Of a stretch of DNA of 64,000 bases, positions 48,195 to 59,208 are shown piece by piece. The stretch comes from a virus. Each line of letters opens with the position of its first letter. The stretch's first letter is position 1. A model generated the notes under the pieces. The model did no database searches. It saw nothing but the letters and a program-made list of their open reading frames with translations, and was not told where the DNA came from. The position numbers and the translations under genes were made by a program. Where the stretch lies: IMG/VR virus record IMGVR_UViG_3300002835_000017. One strand, 5' to 3'.

Positions 48195-49310
48195 TTATAT
48201 GTTTAAATTTAAATGATGAAAATTGTGATTTACAAATTTGTTATTATTTATTTTATTTATTTCTTTTAAAAAATCATCAAACAATTCATGTTCTTCATTA
48301 AATACTTGCAACTCTTTTAAAGTTTCATCTGTATATGTTCCCCAATCTACTATTTGTCTATATTGTATCCATAAATCAAATGTTGAATCTTTAAATATAT
48401 TAGTCATTATCTCATAAAACAAATGCATTTCTTTATAGTTGTGTTTACTAACTACCATAGAGCATATAAATTGGTTTATTGTTTTTTGTTTTGATAAAAA
48501 TTTTAAATTGGTTATTAATCTATCCCAATTACTATTTAATCTAGTCTTATTTTCGTATGTATCTTTTGTTGCAGCGTCAATACTAACTTCTATTGTTTTA
48601 ATGTAAGGACTTGCTTTCATTTGATTCCAAAGCTTTTCATCCAATAAATTACCATTGGTAATTATTTGCAATTGTTCTAACTTTGGATATTTTGTTATAT
48701 CAAAGTTTATCAAATAATCTCTATAAATCTTTGAGTAAAACGGGTCACCACTTCCTGTTACCATTATACATTTTAATCCACTTGCAAAGTTATCTTCAAT
48801 GGATTTTAATAAATGCAACTTTGCTTTATGTTGAGGAGATTGTAAATCATCATTTGGAATTAAATTAACTCTACACGATGGACATTTTAAATTACAACTT
48901 CTATCAAACCCAAATAAAATTTCTTGAGGAGGTAATTTAAAATTAATTACATCTTCTTCGGTATGTATATTATACACTTCTTTAAACTCTTCTATTTCTC
49001 TAAAAAAACAGGGCTTTCTACCTGTATTTATTAACTCATTTAATCTTGGGCATACCGTGTGATTGCAATATGTGTAAGTCCCATCTAAAACTGATTTACG
49101 AATGTTTTTAGCGGGAGTAGATGTCCAATTTCTCATTACATCATCGGTTTCATTTATTGGAAACCAACTTTCATTTCCGTTCTCATCTACTCTGATACTT
49201 TGCGGTGCCCAAGAAGGACAGCATACGAATTGAGATATCGATTGTACATCACTATACATAAACGGCATCTCACAAACGTATTTTTTAAGTATGTCCTCTT
49301 TTTTATCCAT
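48195..49310 (-). CDS. Radical SAM protein with N-terminal SPASM/twitch-like Cys cluster
   Basis: CNLKCPSC, GSGDPF, ITNG, VSIDAA. Confidence 0.85.
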   Translation of the reverse strand: MDKKEDILKKYVCEMPFMYSDVQSISQFVCCPSWAPQSIRVDENGNESWFPINETDDVMRNWTSTPAKNIRKSVLDGTYTYCNHTVCPRLNELINTGRKPCFFREIEEFKEVYNIHTEEDVINFKLPPQEILFGFDRSCNLKCPSCRVNLIPNDDLQSPQHKAKLHLLKSIEDNFASGLKCIMVTGSGDPFYSKIYRDYLINFDITKYPKLEQLQIITNGNLLDEKLWNQMKASPYIKTIEVSIDAATKDTYENKTRLNSNWDRLITNLKFLSKQKTINQFICSMVVSKHNYKEMHLFYEIMTNIFKDSTFDLWIQYRQIVDWGTYTDETLKELQVFNEEHELFDDFLKEINKINNNKFVNHNFHHLNLNI

Positions 49311-50302
49311 TAAGGTTTTGAATTTGGGTTATATTGGTGTTTGTTAGCTTTATACCACTCAATAGTTTCTTTAAGAGCTTGTTTCAAATCTCTTTTTGGT
49401 TTCCATCCTAAATCATTAATCTTTTTAGAAGATAGTAATCTAATAGGAATCATTGGTGCTTTGTTATTAACATATTCAATTGGATTAGTGTTGTTATCCA
49501 ATTCTTTAATTGTTGTAAGTGTTTCGTTTACCGTAAATCCTTCACCATAACATACATTAAAGATATCGTATGTATCGTTGTTTTCTGCTACAAAGATAAA
49601 ACCATCTGCCATATCTTCAACGTGTAGTAAATCTCTTACTTCAGTACCATCACCCCAAACTGGGATTGGGTTTAACCCATCTGCAACTTTACGAATGTTT
49701 GCTGGAGTAACGTGACACTTTTCAAAATCAAACTTATCATTAGGTCCAAATGCATTTGAAGGTCTGACAATCAAACACTGCATTGGTTCGTGAATCTGAT
49801 TTGAGAAAAAATCACATAACATTTCACCATATCTCTTCATACCACCAACTGCTTTATAAACAGGCAACATTGGAGTTGCGTGAACATTTATATCTTCAGT
49901 ACAAAATTCAGTACCCATATCTGGATAAGTTGTATTTGATGAAATAAACAAAAACTTACGAACTTTGTTTTTCCAACTCTGTTCCATAAGATTTACATTC
50001 ATCTCCACATTTGGAGTAACGTGTAATAGTGGATTGAATTTAGTATCCAATGCGTTTGATGTGTTCGCTGCACAATGAAAAACTACATCTACATCTTTAC
50101 TGATTAACTCACAAAACTCTGCATTTTGTAAATCTCCTTTGATATGTTCTACTTCGGATGTTCCTTCGAAATCATTTCTCAAATCTCTGCTAAATGATGT
50201 TGACCGAAGGTTTCTGTAACCCTTTTCATGTAATAACCTTAATAAATGTGAACCTATAAATCCACTTGCTCCTGTAACTAAAACTTTGTCTGTTTTTTTC
50301 AT
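49310..50302 (-). CDS. NAD-dependent epimerase/reductase (GDP-L-fucose synthase-like)
   Basis: TGASGFIG, RPSNAFGPNDKFD, HVTPA, VWGDGTEVRDLLHVED. Confidence 0.85.
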   Translation of the reverse strand: MKKTDKVLVTGASGFIGSHLLRLLHEKGYRNLRSTSFSRDLRNDFEGTSEVEHIKGDLQNAEFCELISKDVDVVFHCAANTSNALDTKFNPLLHVTPNVEMNVNLMEQSWKNKVRKFLFISSNTTYPDMGTEFCTEDINVHATPMLPVYKAVGGMKRYGEMLCDFFSNQIHEPMQCLIVRPSNAFGPNDKFDFEKCHVTPANIRKVADGLNPIPVWGDGTEVRDLLHVEDMADGFIFVAENNDTYDIFNVCYGEGFTVNETLTTIKELDNNTNPIEYVNNKAPMIPIRLLSSKKINDLGWKPKRDLKQALKETIEWYKANKHQYNPNSKP

Positions 50303-50307
50303 TTTGT

Positions 50308-51351
50308 TTAATTAAAAATTTTCCAATTTAATACTACATCGTTTACAAATTTATGAGTTAATATGGATGATGTGTGCCCATACCAACTTTTTTCTAAATA
50401 TTTCTTTTGCTCATCAATACTCATACCGTTCATTTCTCTCCACAAAACTTTTGGTAGATTATCAGTTTCTAATTCTAAATTAAAGTTTCTAATACTCCAT
50501 TCTATTATTCCTCCGTATAAAGATACTAAATTTTCTTCAAAAAACCAAAAATATTTACTAAAATCTATCTTATCTGCATAAGTTTTTACATACGCGTTAT
50601 CAAATTCTAATTCTTTTTGTTCCCAAGTGTTGCAAATATCTCTATTTTGAATTATACATTCATAAACCGACTTATCTGTTGGTGTATGATAATATGGTGG
50701 TGTTCTACCTTCTCTTAAATAATTTTTAGAAAAGTTGTTATTCATATTAAAAAACTTTATTTTTGTAATTCCATTTACTTCTAAAAAGTTAAGCAATAAT
50801 AAAATATATTCAAACCATTCAAAATATCTTTCATCATACGTCATAACTTTATCTAACCATGCAAATGTAACAGGGTCAATATTTATAGGATTATTAGTTG
50901 GATTAAATCCACCAGTTAAATGAAAATATCCATGCTCGTATGGTGTTGTTTTTTCTTTACCATTTATTAGATAATCATTACTATGTACCCAACTGTTGTT
51001 GTGTTTAATATAACTAATTGCAGGGTTTTTATTATTATCATATTTTTCTGGTGAAATAAAAAATGAATTTCTAGTCAAAGTTGTCCATTGTGCAATTACT
51101 GATATATCATTTGGGTCTACCCCTTGTTTTAGTAAATCAGAAACTTTATAAATAATAGAACGAGCAATTGTTTTATTATCATTGGTTATGGTTCCGTAAT
51201 TATGCAATTCATGAGTTTCTTTTAGATTTTCTTGTAACCAATGAGCCCAAGTCCAATTTTCAATTGGGTCTCTTTCCCATCGTTTTTCATCTTCTAAATT
51301 ACATCTATAATTGTTAGTAAAAGAACAGCCAGATACTACTATATGTTTCAT
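50308..51351 (-). CDS. SGNH/GDSL-like hydrolase or acyltransferase
   Basis: Start MKHIVVSGCSFT via ATGA overlap at 51351; AQWT..R; WYGHTS. Confidence 0.6.
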   Translation of the reverse strand: MKHIVVSGCSFTNNYRCNLEDEKRWERDPIENWTWAHWLQENLKETHELHNYGTITNDNKTIARSIIYKVSDLLKQGVDPNDISVIAQWTTLTRNSFFISPEKYDNNKNPAISYIKHNNSWVHSNDYLINGKEKTTPYEHGYFHLTGGFNPTNNPINIDPVTFAWLDKVMTYDERYFEWFEYILLLLNFLEVNGITKIKFFNMNNNFSKNYLREGRTPPYYHTPTDKSVYECIIQNRDICNTWEQKELEFDNAYVKTYADKIDFSKYFWFFEENLVSLYGGIIEWSIRNFNLELETDNLPKVLWREMNGMSIDEQKKYLEKSWYGHTSSILTHKFVNDVVLNWKIFN

Positions 51352-52064
51352 ATATAATTTAATGTTTGTAATTTGTTTGATAAAACATTTGCCCACATTT
51401 CATGTCCTTCTTTATTAGGATGGTCATTTTTAATTGTTTTAGTATACCCGCCAAATGTTTCCTTTAAGAAATTTGGATAATTTAGTATTTCATTATCTGA
51501 AATTATGCAACTATCCCACCCAAAAAAATGCAAATGTTTATAACCATTTAGCTCTAAATACGCATACAATGATTTTATATAATTTTTCGTTTTATTTATT
51601 TGATATTTTGTATTTAAAAAATATCCTATAAATCTCTGCAAATCATTATTGTGTAATTCTAATAATTTTTTTGTGGTTTCATCCGTTTTATTATAATCTG
51701 AATTTTTATTTACTACATGTTTAGAAAATATTCCATAAAAATTTACGTCTTTTAATACTTTATCTGATACTGGAATTAATGCGTTTGGTATTGTAAAATA
51801 CCATTCTCTATTATCGTATGTTGTAGGAAGTTCCATACGGGTATAATGTGTCCATTGAATTATTAATACATCTTCTTTATTAAATCCTTCATTTAAAATA
51901 TAAAAAGCTTTTCTAAAAATATAATCGTTGGATGCCCCACAATTTCCAAAATTATGACAATCTACTTTATGTTTTTCAGAAAGCAATTTTGTATAATTTT
52001 CTATTTGAAAATTTTCTAAACCCTGACCTTCTGTAAAAGAGCATCCAACCGAATATAATTTCAT
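51348..52064 (-). CDS. SGNH/GDSL-like hydrolase or acyltransferase
   Basis: GCSFTEG, NFGNCGASN, IQWT, DHPNKEGHEMWA. Confidence 0.7.
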   Translation of the reverse strand: MKLYSVGCSFTEGQGLENFQIENYTKLLSEKHKVDCHNFGNCGASNDYIFRKAFYILNEGFNKEDVLIIQWTHYTRMELPTTYDNREWYFTIPNALIPVSDKVLKDVNFYGIFSKHVVNKNSDYNKTDETTKKLLELHNNDLQRFIGYFLNTKYQINKTKNYIKSLYAYLELNGYKHLHFFGWDSCIISDNEILNYPNFLKETFGGYTKTIKNDHPNKEGHEMWANVLSNKLQTLNYI

Positions 52065-53062
52065 TACAACCTGCTTTTGTATTCTAAAATTGATTTTGTT
52101 AATCCTTCTTTCAATGTAGTTTGTGGTAGGATTCCGTATTGTTTTTGTTTTTTAGAACCTAAACATCTAATAGGGTCTCCGTTTGTTTTTGTAGAATCCC
52201 ATACTATGTTTTTAGTTTTACCTGTAATTTCGGTATAACATTCAACAATAGTTTCAATTGTATCTTTAATTGATACCGCTTCCGCACATCCAAAGTTAAT
52301 AATATCTCTGACTTCCTTTTTAACTACATCAATCGATGCCTGTGCTACATCATCCCCAAATACAAAATCTCGTTTAGATGAACCATTACCCCAACAAACT
52401 ATATCATCTCCCTCTACATTGAATAGTTTCCAAATGTTAGAAGATATTACAGTTGCATCTTGCGCAAAATTATCGTTTGTTCCATAGATGTTAGAAGGTC
52501 TAATTACAGTCCAATTATCCCAACCATACTGAACTCTTAATGAATCCAATGTAAGTTCTCCCATTCTCTTTGTCCAACCTGGATGCCAATCTAAACGAGA
52601 TGGGGTTGATGCCCAAGTTTCTTCTTGATTCCAAGTATCTTCTTCATTCATTACATCTGCTGGCTTATAAACTCCAACCGATGAAAGATAAACGAACCAA
52701 TCAACCTTTGCATCAAACGATGCTTTAATCATATTGGTATTAAACATCAACATTGGGAATAGATAATCAGCAGGACAAGTTGATGACCTTGCTGGTGAGC
52801 CTTTTACTCCTGCTATATGTAATACAATATTAATATCATCTAACTTAAACAAATCCTCACAATGTGAAAGATATGTTAAATCGGTTTTTACCAATTCCAA
52901 TCTATCTTGATATTGTCCCTTTAAGAAATTTAAATTTTCACTAAATCTTAAATCTACTGCATATACTTTTGCAGCATCTTCTTCTAAACATTTTTTAACT
53001 GCTGGTAATCCTACCAATCCATTTGCTCCCGTAACCAGAACGGTTTTTCCTTTTAATTCCAT
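52064..53062 (-). CDS. NAD-dependent epimerase/reductase (GDP-fucose synthase-like paralog)
   Basis: TGANGLVG, RPSNIYGTNDNF, WGNGSSKRDFVF. Confidence 0.85.
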   Translation of the reverse strand: MELKGKTVLVTGANGLVGLPAVKKCLEEDAAKVYAVDLRFSENLNFLKGQYQDRLELVKTDLTYLSHCEDLFKLDDINIVLHIAGVKGSPARSSTCPADYLFPMLMFNTNMIKASFDAKVDWFVYLSSVGVYKPADVMNEEDTWNQEETWASTPSRLDWHPGWTKRMGELTLDSLRVQYGWDNWTVIRPSNIYGTNDNFAQDATVISSNIWKLFNVEGDDIVCWGNGSSKRDFVFGDDVAQASIDVVKKEVRDIINFGCAEAVSIKDTIETIVECYTEITGKTKNIVWDSTKTNGDPIRCLGSKKQKQYGILPQTTLKEGLTKSILEYKSRL

Positions 53063-53069
53063 TTTATTT

Positions 53070-54473
53070 TTATTTTGTTGTGTAATCTATTTTTATTTTT
53101 TCAAATATCTCATCAAAACACTCATAGTTTTCAAATGAGTATATATGCTTTTGGTTATATAATAATATATCAATTATTGAATAATACCAATTATGTAATT
53201 CCTCAATTGGTATATTTTTTAATTTAAGTAATTCTTTTTCTAAAAGTAATATTCTTTTTTTAGGGTCTATTTCTGAATCGTAACTCTCATCTATAAATGG
53301 TTCAAATGTTTTAAAGCCCAGCCTCTTTAATTCTGCTAATGTTAGATAATCACCAAACACCAAAAATGGTTGTAGATTTGAAATTGGTTTAAATATTTTT
53401 TCTGAAAGGAAAACATTTGGTCCAAAAAATGTTTCAGTTACTAAATGAAAATATGAATCCGCATACCATTCTTTTTTATTATTTCTAACTCCAAATGCCT
53501 GTTTCTTATCAGATGGAACTTCTTTTGTATCATCTTCATACGGTAATAATGATTCTAATTGTGTTGTATATTTTTCAATATTTTCAAAGGTGTCATCATA
53601 TACATTTGTTACGATACTTTTTAATTTATCTTTTTCTAATTGTTGTATAAATGTAAATAACCCATCTTTTAACAAATCATATTTTAATGCAAAATACCCC
53701 ATCATAGTTCTTTGTGGTTTTTGCATTGTTCTATTTGGGGATAAAAATTTATGTTTTCTAATTTTAGTAGAATCCAAATCTTTTTCTTCAAATAATTCAC
53801 ACAAATACCCCAAATTACCAATCATTGGAAATGAATTTATTTCATCTGCGTATCCTCTTATAAATAAGTGTCCATTGTATATTTTTATTTTACTATCAGA
53901 ATACATTTGATAATATTCAGAAAATTTACTTCCTCCTAAAATTATAATATTGGAACTATCAACTCCTAACTCATTTAATTGAAGTTCAAATTTTCGTATA
54001 TTATTTGAATCATATAACGGGTCGTGTATCATATTTACCAATATCTTCACTTTACCCAATTTAATTAAATCAAATAATTCAGGTTTTATAATATCTTTTA
54101 AAAACCAACTATATTTTGTATCATTTAGTAAAAAATTGTTTTCACAATGTAGTGCAGAAAGTGTATCTTTTATTTCCAATGGATACACATATACAAAATC
54201 ATCATCTTTAATTTGATTAAATGATACTATATTTTTAGGAAAATTTCTAGAAAAATAATTAAACAATTCCGAATGGTCAAATTTAATACTCTTTTCTTCC
54301 GATTGATATTGGAGCACCTGATACCAATCTAGTTTTAAATTATTTTTTAAAATATGTTGAATAAATTCCATAATAACAGGATGCATCCCATTACCAAATG
54401 GTTTTAATTGTCCTTGTTCAATATACCAATCGGTATATATTATTTTAAAATTTGAACCATGTATTGCATTCAT
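53070..54473 (-). CDS. Glycosyltransferase-like protein (GT10-type motif), paralog of 46057..47496
   Basis: HLVTET, FLSEKIFKPI, GFKTFEPFIDESYD; start at MNAIHG (54473) preferred. Confidence 0.6.
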   Translation of the reverse strand: MNAIHGSNFKIIYTDWYIEQGQLKPFGNGMHPVIMEFIQHILKNNLKLDWYQVLQYQSEEKSIKFDHSELFNYFSRNFPKNIVSFNQIKDDDFVYVYPLEIKDTLSALHCENNFLLNDTKYSWFLKDIIKPELFDLIKLGKVKILVNMIHDPLYDSNNIRKFELQLNELGVDSSNIIILGGSKFSEYYQMYSDSKIKIYNGHLFIRGYADEINSFPMIGNLGYLCELFEEKDLDSTKIRKHKFLSPNRTMQKPQRTMMGYFALKYDLLKDGLFTFIQQLEKDKLKSIVTNVYDDTFENIEKYTTQLESLLPYEDDTKEVPSDKKQAFGVRNNKKEWYADSYFHLVTETFFGPNVFLSEKIFKPISNLQPFLVFGDYLTLAELKRLGFKTFEPFIDESYDSEIDPKKRILLLEKELLKLKNIPIEELHNWYYSIIDILLYNQKHIYSFENYECFDEIFEKIKIDYTTK

Positions 54474-54474
54474 A

Positions 54475-55434
54475 TTAATATCTGTATATTTTTTTAACAC
54501 TATTCCCTACATAATTGTTATCGTGAAAGAAACTTTCAAATAACAATTCATTTTTTATATAATCTTTAGTACACATTAAATTAAAAATATTATCTGAACT
54601 TTCTGGTGATATATTGTAATTTATATCGTTATTTATCATATCATTTACAAAATTTTTAATTCCATCTACTATTTTTATTTTATCACTAAAATATTTCTGA
54701 TTGTGTGTATCTGCTTCGTTTACAAACTCATCATTAACAATATCGATATATGTTCCAACTTTATCTGTAAATACTGATTCAAAAAATATAATATTGTTTT
54801 TAAAATTACATTTTTCAAAATCATAAAAACCTTTTGTATTTTTCAAATCTATATTTCCTTTATAAGTCATATATCTACCTTTTAAATCTAAATCAAATGT
54901 TTTTTGTAAATAGTATTGAGTAGTTCCCTGATACCCACTATCAATCATATATACATTTTTACATTCTCCAATCGTATTATTAATATATTTTTTATATGAA
55001 TCTCTTAATAGTTTGGCTTTGCCTAATATATCCGGAATACATAAATTTAAATTTGGTAATCTATTTAAAGTATCAATTTGAATATTAGTTTCTGTAACAT
55101 AATTTAATCCAAATCTATCTTTAATCAATTCAGATAAAGTGCCTTGATATCTATGTAAATTAAATGATTCGTAGATATCATCTTCAGATACAAATGAAGA
55201 TAGTGATGATAATTTTCTTGATGTTTTAAAATAAATTGAATTTGGTAAATTATATTTTATTTTAAAATCTTGATATAATTGATTAAGAAAATATCCTTCT
55301 CGTGAGTTAAATAAAATCAAATCACCATCTTTTATTTCATCTTTCAACCAATTAAAATAGTTAAATAATAATGGTCCAAAAAAGATGTAACCAAGTTCTT
55401 CTAATGATTCTGGATTTTTAACAATATGACCCAT
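54475..55434 (-). CDS. Protein resembling the C-terminal part of HAD-like proteins in polysaccharide loci
   Basis: GYIFFGP, FNSREG, TSRK, IDSGYQGTTQ. Confidence 0.55.
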   Translation of the reverse strand: MGHIVKNPESLEELGYIFFGPLLFNYFNWLKDEIKDGDLILFNSREGYFLNQLYQDFKIKYNLPNSIYFKTSRKLSSLSSFVSEDDIYESFNLHRYQGTLSELIKDRFGLNYVTETNIQIDTLNRLPNLNLCIPDILGKAKLLRDSYKKYINNTIGECKNVYMIDSGYQGTTQYYLQKTFDLDLKGRYMTYKGNIDLKNTKGFYDFEKCNFKNNIIFFESVFTDKVGTYIDIVNDEFVNEADTHNQKYFSDKIKIVDGIKNFVNDMINNDINYNISPESSDNIFNLMCTKDYIKNELLFESFFHDNNYVGNSVKKIYRY

Positions 55435-55865
55435 TATAAGTAAACTTTAAATGAAGGTATGCCAAGTGAAATCCACAAATCAATTATTTCTTGTTTATCA
55501 TCAAACGCACAATACACATCATCTTTGATAAAATCATTGTACATTTTTCGTTTTAACTCTACATCTTTAATATAATGATTTTCTTCACCTCGCATGAACA
55601 ATCCATCATATTTAACTCCATGCATTTCTAACCAATCCTGTGTAGAATTAAGTATCATTCGTGGTCTACTAGTTAGTATATAAATTCCATAATCATTATA
55701 TAGGTGATTTATAATATCAATCATAGGTAAGTTAGGCCTATCTGATATTACATTTTTATAATCATATAAAACATCCCAATCGATACTATTATCAGATTTG
55801 GTTGCAAGTGCATACCTTTTTTTATTTATTGAAAGAGTATTATCTATATCGACTATAACAATCAT
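55434..55865 (-). CDS. HAD phosphatase (T4 PNK 3'-phosphatase-like)
   Basis: DIDNTL, LTSRP, LFMR, D..LK, AFDD. Confidence 0.8.
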   Translation of the reverse strand: MIVIVDIDNTLSINKKRYALATKSDNSIDWDVLYDYKNVISDRPNLPMIDIINHLYNDYGIYILTSRPRMILNSTQDWLEMHGVKYDGLFMRGEENHYIKDVELKRKMYNDFIKDDVYCAFDDKQEIIDLWISLGIPSFKVYL

Positions 55866-57064
55866 TTTCGTAAACCTTGTTCTTCATAACTTACAGGTAC
55901 TTTTATTCCTGTATTACACCCATTACAATTATCGCAAAATGTGATATATCCTAAATTTGTATATCCCAAATCGAATTTTATAAAATCTTCTTTTGATATT
56001 GTTTTTAAATCGACATAATCATTTTCATTTAATGGAAATAATTTTGTAAGTACTGCTGATGTATTCAAATGACAATAATAAAACTTACCATCGTTTAAAC
56101 CTCTAAATGGTGCCGTACAACTATCAAAATGTTTAATTAATTCATCCGTTGGTAAATTGTTTTTAATTCTTAAATCACCAAAATCATACCATTCAATTTC
56201 AGTTCTAACATAGTGATTTATATCCCATTCTTTTAAAGTATTAATAACTCTTAATACTTTCTTTTGAATATTTTCTAATTTATCAGTATAATCACTAACA
56301 CTTAAAATAACATCATTATTTTTTAATAACTCTAATGTGCTTTCTTTAGGTGAAATTGTACCATTTGTTGTAATTATAAATTTATCTATTTTATCTATAT
56401 GTTTAGATAAAACATGCTTTATAATATCCTCAATTTGTGGATGTAAAAATGGTTCACCACCAACTAAATGAAACACACTAATATAATCAGTAATATTAAA
56501 AAATAAATCTATATCAGATTTAATTATTTCAATATCTCTGTGATTTGGTGAAACATAATGTGGCATAAACATATTACAATATGAGCATGCTAATGTACAT
56601 TTTTCGGTAACTAAAACATCCGTTTGAAATATATGAACCATATTCTTATACTGTAATGGCCATATAGATGCAATGTGTTTATATGTAGTATAATCTACTT
56701 TGTTTTCTTCCAAATAATTTTTATAGTAATTTTTATAAACATCAGATGTTATAATTACTTTTTCATTTTTATTTAAATCAAAATCATCAATGTGAATTAA
56801 TGGAATACCGCTTCTATCTATTTTAATATTTTTTGATTTTCTAAAAAACTTACTTATTTCATCAATATTATTTAATATAAATTTATCTTTAATATTATGG
56901 TCTACAATATATTTTATTTTTAATCTATCATTCCCCAATAAAAAATCCATAGTTCTAATGAATTGGACACACTCTTTACTTGCACCAAATAGTACATATT
57001 CCTTTTCAGTATCCCATTCAGATATGAAGTTATTAAAATCGTGTAAATTAGGATTGTATAACAT
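55862..57064 (-). CDS. Radical SAM protein with N-terminal Rossmann-like domain
   Basis: CTLACSYC, GGEPFLH, TTNGT, C-terminal Cys cluster. Confidence 0.85.
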   Translation of the reverse strand: MLYNPNLHDFNNFISEWDTEKEYVLFGASKECVQFIRTMDFLLGNDRLKIKYIVDHNIKDKFILNNIDEISKFFRKSKNIKIDRSGIPLIHIDDFDLNKNEKVIITSDVYKNYYKNYLEENKVDYTTYKHIASIWPLQYKNMVHIFQTDVLVTEKCTLACSYCNMFMPHYVSPNHRDIEIIKSDIDLFFNITDYISVFHLVGGEPFLHPQIEDIIKHVLSKHIDKIDKFIITTNGTISPKESTLELLKNNDVILSVSDYTDKLENIQKKVLRVINTLKEWDINHYVRTEIEWYDFGDLRIKNNLPTDELIKHFDSCTAPFRGLNDGKFYYCHLNTSAVLTKLFPLNENDYVDLKTISKEDFIKFDLGYTNLGYITFCDNCNGCNTGIKVPVSYEEQGLRK

Positions 57065-57065
57065 A

Positions 57066-57701
57066 TTAAAATACTACCCATTTACCACTTCCGTAGTGTG
57101 GATATTTTGATTTATATTCATAATGAATTACATCGGATGGAATATCTTTCTTTGTATTCCAAGTTGCTTCCGTTGGAGTGTAGGTTGAAACCGCATTATC
57201 TTCTACTATAAAATATACGGGTAAATCAAAGTTTCTAGCATATTTATGAACTTCATAAAATATACCACTTTCAAAACTCATATCTCCAACAAATACCCAA
57301 ACCTTTTCATCACCACCTTTTTCTTTGATTCCCATCGCTACACCTAACGCAATCGATAAAGTACCTCCAACAATAGCAGATGCATAAAATTTCTCATCTA
57401 TTTTACATAAAGTAATTGATTTACCATTCAATATTTCATTTTTAATCCATTCAGGTGAAATACCATGTAATAGTGCGTGATAGTGAGACCTCCAAGTTGA
57501 AAATACCCAATCATTAGCAGATATTCTTTTAAATATTTCTATGAGTTGTTCTTCATTACCATTTGATAGATGTATAGGTCCTCTGATTTTACCGTTTTCC
57601 CACTCTTCCACTATATCATTTTCAAAGTCAATTAAATCCTGTGGTGTGAGTGTAGTATCTACCTCATTTAAAGTTTTATATTGTTCTAAATTTTGTATCA
57701 T
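57066..57701 (-). CDS. TPP-dependent enzyme alpha subunit (truncated PDH-E1alpha-like)
   Basis: RGPIHLSNGNE, STWRSHYHAL, AIVGG, GDMS...EDN TPP-binding motif. Confidence 0.85.
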   Translation of the reverse strand: MIQNLEQYKTLNEVDTTLTPQDLIDFENDIVEEWENGKIRGPIHLSNGNEEQLIEIFKRISANDWVFSTWRSHYHALLHGISPEWIKNEILNGKSITLCKIDEKFYASAIVGGTLSIALGVAMGIKEKGGDEKVWVFVGDMSFESGIFYEVHKYARNFDLPVYFIVEDNAVSTYTPTEATWNTKKDIPSDVIHYEYKSKYPHYGSGKWVVF

Positions 57702-58237
57702 TATCTATCTCTTTTTTGTAATATTGGATTATTTGTTGGCCATTCCATCTGATATTCGGGGTCGTTCCATTTAACAACACCTTGTTCGTCAGCATCGACA
57801 TAACCGTCTTTATAAAATAAATTATAGTGAAACATACAATCGGTTAATGCATAATGACCATTTGCAAAACCTGGTGGAACTAATACTTGATTTCGCAATC
57901 TTTCTGAAATAATATACGATTCCCAATCTCCATAAGTAGGTGAATCTTTTCTCATATCTAATACAACTAAATAGATATCACCAACTGCTGCTTGAACTAA
58001 TTTCCAAGTCTTATTATCCCAATGCAATCCTCTCAATACTCCTTTATAAGAACGAGAAAATCTTCCATGTACTTCACATTTACTATCGATATAATCGACT
58101 ATTGGGTGTTCAATTGAATGAAATGTTGTCCATATTTCACCTCTATATTCTCTAAATACAGATGGTTGGAATGTTGGAACTTCATAACCAAATTTTTTCG
58201 ATGGAGTAATTTGAAACTCATCCCATTTACTACTCAT
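57701..58237 (-). CDS. rmlC: dTDP-4-dehydrorhamnose 3,5-epimerase family
   Basis: SYKGVLRGLH, VVLDMRKDSPTYG, LVPPGFANGH, WNDP. Confidence 0.85.
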   Translation of the reverse strand: MSSKWDEFQITPSKKFGYEVPTFQPSVFREYRGEIWTTFHSIEHPIVDYIDSKCEVHGRFSRSYKGVLRGLHWDNKTWKLVQAAVGDIYLVVLDMRKDSPTYGDWESYIISERLRNQVLVPPGFANGHYALTDCMFHYNLFYKDGYVDADEQGVVKWNDPEYQMEWPTNNPILQKRDR

Positions 58238-58238
58238 A

Positions 58239-59204
58239 TTATGTATTGTTTGCGTACCCTAATGGAAACCCATTTCTAAACTCTGCTCCCATTTTTGGAA
58301 CAATCATTTGATATGCTTGAATTAATTCTTCAATACCTCTATCCAACCCCCACTCTGGCACCCATCCAGTTTCCTCTAGCTTTGCGTTAGAAACTATGTA
58401 ATCTCTCTTATCGGGGTCTTCGTAATAATCGTTGTATGCTACGGCAAAATCCTTTACGTGGGATTGAATCTTTTCTAATAATTCTTGCTTTGAAAGATTA
58501 GCATTACTCAACCCTACATTAAATACTTGACCTTTATATTTTTCGTAGTTTATAATCATAAATAAAAATGTAAATGCAACATCTTGAATGTGAATAAAAT
58601 TTCTCTTAAAGTTTTTTTCAAATACTACGATATATTTATCTGTAATTGCTTTATAAACAAAATCGTTTACCAATAAATCGGTTCTCATTCTAGGTGATAC
58701 ACCAAATACAGTTGCCAATCGGAAAGTGATTGCCGATGTGGTTGCTCTTAAAAAAGTTTCAGCATCACACTTTGTTTGCCCATACACTGATATAGGTGTT
58801 AGTGGTGAATCTTCCGTACATTCAGTTTGCCCAACCCCAACACCGTAACCACTATTTGTGTTTGGATATAAAATCTTTTTATCCTTTGCAAATTTTACTA
58901 TGTTACAAATTTGGTCAAAATTGATTTCCCTTGCCAGCTTTGGGTCTGCTGCACACGCAGGAAACCCAACAATTGCAGCTAATGGGATTATCACATCGGC
59001 TTCATTACACAATTTTTGTAAAAGAAATTCATTACGAACATCTCCATATATAAATTTGAATTTAGGATTTGAAGTATATTGTAATAATGACGTTTGGTTA
59101 AATAATAGTTTATCCAATACCACTACCTCATAGTTTTGTTCCAATAACATATTAACTAATACAGTACCTAAATAACCTGCACCACCTGTAACTAATATTT
59201 TCAT
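58239..59204 (-). CDS. NAD-dependent nucleotide-sugar epimerase/dehydratase
   Basis: TGGAGYLG, LAAIVGFPAC, YGQTK, RLATVFGVSPRMRTDLLVN. Confidence 0.9.
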   Translation of the reverse strand: MKILVTGGAGYLGTVLVNMLLEQNYEVVVLDKLLFNQTSLLQYTSNPKFKFIYGDVRNEFLLQKLCNEADVIIPLAAIVGFPACAADPKLAREINFDQICNIVKFAKDKKILYPNTNSGYGVGVGQTECTEDSPLTPISVYGQTKCDAETFLRATTSAITFRLATVFGVSPRMRTDLLVNDFVYKAITDKYIVVFEKNFKRNFIHIQDVAFTFLFMIINYEKYKGQVFNVGLSNANLSKQELLEKIQSHVKDFAVAYNDYYEDPDKRDYIVSNAKLEETGWVPEWGLDRGIEELIQAYQMIVPKMGAEFRNGFPLGYANNT

Positions 59205-59208
59205 AATT

